This document shows, in pieces, positions 58,009 to 64,000 of a DNA stretch of 64,000 bases (positions are counted from its first letter, which is position 1; each line of letters opens with the position of its first letter). The position numbers and the translations under genes were made by a program. The stretch lies in NCBI GenBank assembly GCA_963801165.1, contig CAWDDT010000011.1:32001-96000 (forward strand), given 5' to 3'. This DNA is from an uncultured bacterium. GTDB taxonomy: Bacteria; Actinomycetota; Acidimicrobiia; Spongiisociales; UBA5794. Below the pieces are notes generated by a model. It did not search any database. It was not told the DNA's origin and saw only the letters and a program-made list of their open reading frames with translations.

Positions 58009-58947
58009 TCAGTCTTCGGTGGCTTCTCCCAAAGCCTCCAGCATCGCCGCGCCCATGTCCGTTGGCGTCGGCGCCACGACCACCCCGGCGGCTTCGAGCG
58101 CGTCGATCTTGTCGGCAGCCGTTCCCTTACCGCCGGCGATGATGGCTCCTGCATGACCCATCCTCTTGCCACGCGGTGCGGTGGTCCCGGCGATGAAGCC
58201 GGCCACCGGCTTGGTCATGTTTGCGGTGATCCAGGCGGCTGCGTCCTCTTCGGCGGTACCGCCGATCTCGCCGATCATGATCACACCCTCAGTCGCCGGG
58301 TCATCATTGAACATCTGCAGACAATCGATGAAATCGGTGCCGTTGACGGGGTCACCGCCGATCCCGATGGCTGTTGTTTGCCCCAACCCGACCTGCGTGA
58401 GCTGATGGACGGCCTCATAGGTGAGCGTGCCCGATCTGCTGATGACACCGATCCGTCCTGCCTCATGTATATAGCCCGGCATGATGCCGATCTTGCATTG
58501 GCGAGGGGAGATCACGCCGGGGCAGTTCGGCCCGACGAGACGACTGCTTCTCGTCCTCAAATAGGACTTTGCCTCGACCATGTCGGTAACCGGGATGCCT
58601 TCGGTGATGCACACCACCAACTCAAGCCCTGCGCTCGCCGCCTCCATGATTGCGTCGGCAGCGAACGGCGGAGGAACGTAGACAACGCTCACCGTGGCTC
58701 CGGTGGCCGCTACCGCCTCGGAGACAGTGCGGAAGATCGGGAGCTCGGCGTGGTAGGCGTCGGGGCGACCCGGCACCCCGGAGTGGTCGGTCTCACCGTC
58801 GAAGACCTCCGTCTGCCCGGCCCGGGACGGGTGCACCGCCCCCACCATCCGCGTGCCGTAGGCAATTGCCTTGTCGGTATGGAACCGTCCCGTTTTGCCC
58901 ATGCCCTGGACGATCACCCTGGTGTCTGTGTCAACGAGAACGCTCAT
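58009..58947 (-). CDS. sucD: Succinyl-CoA synthetase alpha subunit
   Basis: [28 protein letters not shown]. Confidence 0.96.
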   Translation of the reverse strand: MSVLVDTDTRVIVQGMGKTGRFHTDKAIAYGTRMVGAVHPSRAGQTEVFDGETDHSGVPGRPDAYHAELPIFRTVSEAVAATGATVSVVYVPPPFAADAIMEAASAGLELVVCITEGIPVTDMVEAKSYLRTRSSRLVGPNCPGVISPRQCKIGIMPGYIHEAGRIGVISRSGTLTYEAVHQLTQVGLGQTTAIGIGGDPVNGTDFIDCLQMFNDDPATEGVIMIGEIGGTAEEDAAAWITANMTKPVAGFIAGTTAPRGKRMGHAGAIIAGGKGTAADKIDALEAAGVVVAPTPTDMGAAMLEALGEATED

Positions 58948-60170
58948 GACCGCGTTGCCTCCAGGATCTTCTGCGCACCATCCTTCATGTCGACGGCGCT
59001 GAGGATGTTCAATCCCGACTCGTCGAGGATCCGCTTGCCCAGGTCGACGTTGGTGCCTTCGAGACGGACGACTAGCGGCATGCTGAGCCCTACCTCGGAC
59101 ACGGCATCAACCACCCCCTGGGCGATTGTGTCACAACGCATGATCCCCCCGAAGATGTTGACAAAGATGCCTTTGACCCGGGGATCCCTGGTGATGATCT
59201 TGAAGGCCGCGGCGACCTGCTCCTTGTCGGCGCCGCCGCCAACGTCGAGAAAATTGGCGGGCTCGCCACCGACGTACTTGATTATGTCCATCGTCGCCAT
59301 CGCCAGCCCGGCACCGTTGACCATGCAGCCGATGGTGCCGTCGAGCTTGATGAAACTGAGACCGTAACCCGACGCTTCGATCTCGGCGGCGTCCTCCTCG
59401 CTGAGATCGCGCAGATCCTGCACCTCCGGGTGACGGTAGAGGGCGTTCCCCTCGAAGCTCATCTTCGCATCGAGCGCCATCACCTGCCCCTGTTTGGTGA
59501 CTACCAGCGGGTTGATCTCGACCAGATCGGTATCCAGCTCGACGGCCGCAGCCGCCAGCGCCTCGATGAATCGGACCCCATTCTTGATCGCCGAGCCTTC
59601 GAGACCGAGCCCGTAGGCGATCTCTCTCGCCTGGAAGTCGAGCAGCCCCAGCCCCGGGTCGATCTCGGCTCTCAGGATCTTCTCCGGGGTCTCTGCAGCA
59701 ACCTGCTCGATCTCCGTGCCCCCCTCGGTCGATGCCATCACGACGTTGCGGCTCACCGCCCGATCGAGCAACACGGAAACGTAGAGCTCGCGGTCGATAT
59801 CAACGCCCTGCTCGATGTACAGACGGCGCACCTGTTTGCCTACCGGCCCGGTCTGCACGGTGACGAGAGTGGATCCGAGCATCTTGCCGGCCAACTCCCC
59901 GACCCTGGTCCTAGCGGCCTCGACCCCGCCGGAGATGCCTGCGGTGACCACGTTCACCCCGGCGATGTCCGGGTACTCCTTGAACCGGCCCTTGCCACGA
60001 CCGCCCGCATGTATCTGCGACTTGACCACTACAACGGGGTTGCCCGTCGACTCGATCAGGGGTGCCACTGCGCTGATAGCATCGGCGACGGACGTCACCT
60101 CGTGGCCCTGCGGTACCGGAATCCCGCGCACCTTCATCAGTTCCTTGGCCTGGAACTCATGGATCTTCAA
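58944..60170 (-). CDS. sucC: Succinyl-CoA synthetase beta subunit
   Basis: [40 protein letters not shown]. Confidence 0.96.
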   Translation of the reverse strand: MKIHEFQAKELMKVRGIPVPQGHEVTSVADAISAVAPLIESTGNPVVVVKSQIHAGGRGKGRFKEYPDIAGVNVVTAGISGGVEAARTRVGELAGKMLGSTLVTVQTGPVGKQVRRLYIEQGVDIDRELYVSVLLDRAVSRNVVMASTEGGTEIEQVAAETPEKILRAEIDPGLGLLDFQAREIAYGLGLEGSAIKNGVRFIEALAAAAVELDTDLVEINPLVVTKQGQVMALDAKMSFEGNALYRHPEVQDLRDLSEEDAAEIEASGYGLSFIKLDGTIGCMVNGAGLAMATMDIIKYVGGEPANFLDVGGGADKEQVAAAFKIITRDPRVKGIFVNIFGGIMRCDTIAQGVVDAVSEVGLSMPLVVRLEGTNVDLGKRILDESGLNILSAVDMKDGAQKILEATRS

Positions 60171-60206
60171 GTTGCTGCCTCCTTTGTGGCCGTCGCCGGC
60201 GTGGCA

Positions 60207-60596
60207 TCATTCCGAGAATCGATCCGCGACCCACGCGGTTATCTCGGATAGCGGGGTGCCGGGCGTGAAGAGCATTTCCAGCCCGGCGTCTCTTAGGCGC
60301 GATATGTCCTCGTCGGGGATGATGCCGCCGCCAAAGACGACAATGTCGTCAGCGTCACGCTGCCTGAGCAGCTCGACGACCTTCGGGAACAGCGTCATGT
60401 GCGCGCCCGACAGCACGGACAAACCAATGCCATCCACGTCTTCCTGGATCGCAGTCTCGACTATCTGCTCGGGCGTCTGATGCAATCCCGAATAGATGAC
60501 CTCACAGCCGGCGTCTCGCAGCGCACGAGCTACCACCTTGGCGCCGCGATCGTGCCCGTCGAGACCCGGTTTGGCGATGAGAATTCGAATCGGCAT
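60207..60596 (-). CDS. Methylmalonyl-CoA mutase-like cobalamin-binding subunit
   Basis: [32 protein letters not shown]. Confidence 0.92.
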   Translation of the reverse strand: MPIRILIAKPGLDGHDRGAKVVARALRDAGCEVIYSGLHQTPEQIVETAIQEDVDGIGLSVLSGAHMTLFPKVVELLRQRDADDIVVFGGGIIPDEDISRLRDAGLEMLFTPGTPLSEITAWVADRFSE

Positions 60597-60637
60597 ACAG
60601 GCGGGGACGATAGTCGCCCCGAACCGCCGGCGTCGTG

Positions 60638-62818
60638 CTACACCTTCTCGAGCGGTGCCAGTTCCAGGTGGAGATGCTTGGTGCCGAGTTCGGCGAACTC
60701 CACGATCGCTTCAACGCCTGCGACGCGGCGAATCGTCCCTTCGCCCCATTTGGCGTGACGCACGCGATCACCCTCAACCAACTCGCTCGCCTTGACGGTT
60801 GGTCGTGCCCGCAGATCGCCCCCCCGGTATGCGGTGCCCGTCGGCTTCGGGCGCTTTCTGGCGTCGACAACCAGGCTTTGCGGCACTTCCTTCAGAAAGC
60901 GGCTCGGCGGGTTGTAGTTGTTCGTTCCGAACATGTTCCTCGACCACGCCCGGCTCAGGAACAGACGCTCCATGGCCCGGGTGATGCCCACATAGCAAAG
61001 CCGCCGCTCCTCCTCGAGCTCGGCCGGGTCGCCAAGCGAGCGCATATGCGGGAACACCCCGTCCTCCATGCCGACAATAAACACAACGGGAAACTCGAGA
61101 CCCTTGGCGTTGTGCAGCGTCATCAGAGTGACGACGTCCGACTCTTCGAAGGAGTCGACGTCTGTGACGAGGCTGATCGACTCCAGGAAGAGCTCGGTTT
61201 TGCGCAGCCCGTCGAGCCCGGACCACTCCGCACGGCCGAACGACACAGGACCGTTCTCCTCGAAGTCCTCCGCAGCAGAGACCAGCTCCCGCAAGTTCTC
61301 CTCCCGGCCCATCGCTTCGACAGAGCGCTCACTCCTAATCATGTCGAGATACCCGGTCTCCGACAGGACGGCCTCGAGGGCCGCGGTGGGGCCCTGCTCG
61401 GCGAGGAAGGTGAGGTGATCGATCAGCGCTACAAAGTCGAGCATCGCCTTCTGTGCTCGCGTGGAGAGCCGGGCGTTGTCGCCTGCGGTGCGGAGCGCTT
61501 CGAAGAACGACACGCTCGTCGTCTCGGCGTGGCGATCCGCATGGGCGACGCTGGTAGATCCGATAGCGCGTTTTGGCACATTGACGATCCTCTTGGCGGC
61601 CACCGTGTCATCGGGATTGGCGACCACTCTGAGGTACGCAAGGACATCCTTGACTTCGCGTCTGTCGTAGTACTTGACCCCGCCCACCACCTGGTAGGGC
61701 TGGGCGTGGTTGACAAAGGTCTCCTCGAGGACACGGCTCTGGGCGTTGGTCCTGTAGAAGACGGCAACGTCCGAGGCCGGCCTCCCCTGTGCCCTGAGGT
61801 CGGCCACCGTCTCGGCGACGAACGCGGCCTCGTCGTGCTCATCCTCGGCCTCATAGGCAGTGATCTTCTCGCCGTGGCCAAACTCGGTCCACAGCCGTTT
61901 CGGCTTGCGGTTGGGGTTGTTGGCGATGACGGCGTTGGCGGCCTGCAGGATGGTCTCGGTGGAGCGGTAGTTCTGCTCGAGCATGACGATCTGGGCGTCG
62001 GGAAAGTCCTTCTCGAACTCGTTGATGTTGCGAATGTCGGCGCCCCGAAAGCGATAGATACTCTGGTCACCGTCGCCGACTACACAGAGGTTCTGGTGTT
62101 TCTGGGTGAGCAGGCGCACCAGCACGTATTGGGCGTGGTTGGTGTCCTGGTACTCGTCGACCAGCACGTACCGGAATCGCTCCTGGTAGCGCTCTAGAAC
62201 GTCCGGGAAGGCCCGGAAGAGATCCACGGTGAGCATCAGCAGATCGTCGAAATCCATCGCGGACGCCTCCACAAGACGTTGCTGATAGAGCCGGTAAACG
62301 TCGGCGGCCTTCTCGTGATAGAAGCCGGAGTCGGACGAGGCGAAGCTCTCGTAGTCGATCAGCTCGTTCTTGGCGTTCGAGATGGCGGCACGCAGACTGC
62401 GGGGCGGGAACCGCTTCGGATCGAGGTCGAGGTCTTTCACACACATGGTGACGAGACGCAACGAGTCGGCGGAATCGTAGATGGAGAACGAGCTGCGGTA
62501 CCCGAGCCGGTGCGCCTCGCGACGCAGAATCCTGCTGCAGGCACTATGAAAAGTCGAGACCCACATGTCACGAGCGACGCTGCCTACAAGAGCCTCTACC
62601 CGGTCCTTCATCTCGGCCGCGGCTTTGTTGGTGAAGGTTATGGCCAGGATCGCAAACGGCGAGACGTTGTGGTCACGGACCAGGTGGGCGACCCGCCGCG
62701 TCAGCACGCGGGTCTTACCCGACCCGGCACCTGCAACGACCAGCAACGGCCCGTCGACCGCGGCGACGGCATGGCGTTGCGCAGGGTTGAGGCCCTCGAG
62801 CAATGGAAAATCGGGCAT
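60638..62818 (-). CDS. pcrA: DNA helicase PcrA/UvrD
   Basis: [47 protein letters not shown]-terminal Tudor-like domain. Confidence 0.96.
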   Translation of the reverse strand: MPDFPLLEGLNPAQRHAVAAVDGPLLVVAGAGSGKTRVLTRRVAHLVRDHNVSPFAILAITFTNKAAAEMKDRVEALVGSVARDMWVSTFHSACSRILRREAHRLGYRSSFSIYDSADSLRLVTMCVKDLDLDPKRFPPRSLRAAISNAKNELIDYESFASSDSGFYHEKAADVYRLYQQRLVEASAMDFDDLLMLTVDLFRAFPDVLERYQERFRYVLVDEYQDTNHAQYVLVRLLTQKHQNLCVVGDGDQSIYRFRGADIRNINEFEKDFPDAQIVMLEQNYRSTETILQAANAVIANNPNRKPKRLWTEFGHGEKITAYEAEDEHDEAAFVAETVADLRAQGRPASDVAVFYRTNAQSRVLEETFVNHAQPYQVVGGVKYYDRREVKDVLAYLRVVANPDDTVAAKRIVNVPKRAIGSTSVAHADRHAETTSVSFFEALRTAGDNARLSTRAQKAMLDFVALIDHLTFLAEQGPTAALEAVLSETGYLDMIRSERSVEAMGREENLRELVSAAEDFEENGPVSFGRAEWSGLDGLRKTELFLESISLVTDVDSFEESDVVTLMTLHNAKGLEFPVVFIVGMEDGVFPHMRSLGDPAELEEERRLCYVGITRAMERLFLSRAWSRNMFGTNNYNPPSRFLKEVPQSLVVDARKRPKPTGTAYRGGDLRARPTVKASELVEGDRVRHAKWGEGTIRRVAGVEAIVEFAELGTKHLHLELAPLEKV

Positions 62819-62881
62819 GGACGCCGAGTATACGAGGATCCGCCTCTCGCGCTTACAGCCATGTAATTAAACCCACTGAGC

Positions 62882-63397
62882 CTATGTCAGGTCGCTCCCC
62901 GCTACCAGCACCTGAGTGCCTGCTACCAGGTCATGAACACCACGTCGGCCCAGGAGACTCGGGCCCGCAGCGGCGACGAGCAGGACCAGAGAGACAACCG
63001 GAAACAGCACCGCAGGCAGGGATGGCTCCTGGTCGGCCGCGATCAGGATGGCACCCATGTGGCCGAACTGCCAAGGGAGAAGCTTGATCGTATTTCGAAG
63101 CACAACGGCAGATGGCCGCGGCGATGCATGGTCGAGATCGAACACCGCCAATTGCTCGCGTCGCTTTCCCCATGTGGCGTGGCCATGGCCCGCCTCGGTG
63201 GCCACGAGGTAGGCGAGAAAGGGAATCACGGTAACCAGAGCGATGACGATGTCGGACAAAACAACGTTCTCTTGCATCCAACCGAGATGAAGCCACCCCA
63301 ACAACGAAGGCAAACCGATTAGGAGAAACGACGCCCCAAGCAAACCCAGGACCACCAGGTAATCCCACAGCCATGAGCGAATCCGGCGCGCGATCAT
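62882..63397 (-). CDS. RDD family membrane protein
   Basis: RRIRSWLWD, ATWGKR, LRN, HDLVAGT. Confidence 0.85.
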   Translation of the reverse strand: MIARRIRSWLWDYLVVLGLLGASFLLIGLPSLLGWLHLGWMQENVVLSDIVIALVTVIPFLAYLVATEAGHGHATWGKRREQLAVFDLDHASPRPSAVVLRNTIKLLPWQFGHMGAILIAADQEPSLPAVLFPVVSLVLLVAAAGPSLLGRRGVHDLVAGTQVLVAGSDLT

Positions 63398-63430
63398 CGG
63401 TGCAGGCTAACCCGCAATCCACGGCGGCGT

Positions 63431-64000
63431 CTACGCCTCGAACTCAGAGCCGAGCAGCTCGCGCAGTTGGGCAGCAAGCGCCCCCTCGCGGAAGTCGGCT
63501 TTCTCGAAGAACGCGTTGACACCGGCTTCGAGAGCCCGCTGCTGATCCTCGACTTTGGCGACACCCGAGAGCATCACGATCGGGATCTGAATGCCCGCAT
63601 GCCTCACCTTGCGAACGAGCTCGACCCCGTCCTGGGCCGGCATCGAGAAATCCACCACGAGGGCATCGATGTGCTGCTCGTTGAGGATCTCCATCGCTTC
63701 GAAGGCGCTCTCTGCGACACTGGTGCTGAAACCGCTCGACGCCAGCGACCCGGCGATGACTGCGCGCGCACCGTGGGAATCGTCGACGACGAGAATCCGG
63801 GCCCGGGGGGCCACCGGCTGCGGTACGGCCTGGCACAGCTGCACGACGGCACCGGCATCGAGGACGAGCACGACGTCGCCTCCACCCATGAGTGCCGCTC
63901 CGGTTACGTGTGAGGGACCGGAAACCAGCGGGCCGAGCTCCTTGGCGGCGACCTCGCGGATACCGAGCACGTCGTTGAGGGTCAATGCGGCCACGCCCGC
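63431..64000 (-). CDS. 3' end of a CheA-type hybrid kinase (CheW-like plus receiver domain), partial
   Basis: Frame open to the window edge; REV..KEL....GAALMGGG.VVLVLD (CheW-like) followed by ILVVDDS...DFSMP..DG...K (REC). Confidence 0.75.
   Translation of the reverse strand, partial: AGVAALTLNDVLGIREVAAKELGPLVSGPSHVTGAALMGGGDVVLVLDAGAVVQLCQAVPQPVAPRARILVVDDSHGARAVIAGSLASSGFSTSVAESAFEAMEILNEQHIDALVVDFSMPAQDGVELVRKVRHAGIQIPIVMLSGVAKVEDQQRALEAGVNAFFEKADFREGALAAQLRELLGSEFEA

Noticed and set aside
57673-59367. Long alternative ORFs (also 26745-28304, 37912-39417, 43429-44889, 60635-62197)
   Set aside because: Antisense shadows of real genes, expected at high GC; no recognisable motifs

Overview
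GC-rich actinobacterial chromosome segment; gene content (whiB, senX3-regX3/phoU, UPF0182-PDZ protease, sigE/anti-sigma, many leaderless starts) fits Actinomycetota, probably Acidimicrobiia (inference). Most of the window is housekeeping: lower phenylacetate pathway (paaR-G-H-J-N), phoU/senX3/regX3, moaE, htrA, a peroxiredoxin, a tatA-sigE-antisigma-RseB-like locus, whiB, sdhCAB, HU, mdh-icd-folD-purH-sucDC, pcrA and the 3' end of a CheA-type hybrid kinase. An accessory block at about 30.5-52.1 kb holds (i) a two-gene cassette of a tandem uracil-DNA-glycosylase-fold protein and a cytoplasmic amidohydrolase/deaminase-S41 protease fusion, the best candidate for an undescribed system, (ii) a large Ig-repeat surface protein and (iii) a sulfated/phosphorylated surface-glycan cluster containing a membrane-anchored HhH protein. 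Other notable items: a DivIVA protein with a phage MuF/gp7-like C-terminal domain, an anti-sigma factor with two ZAS zinc fingers, a TAG-flanked palindromic insertion between senX3 and regX3, two short tandem repeat arrays and several recognisable operator/promoter motifs. No rRNA, tRNA, CRISPR array or transposase was seen. All calls come from reading motifs by eye; no searches were run.
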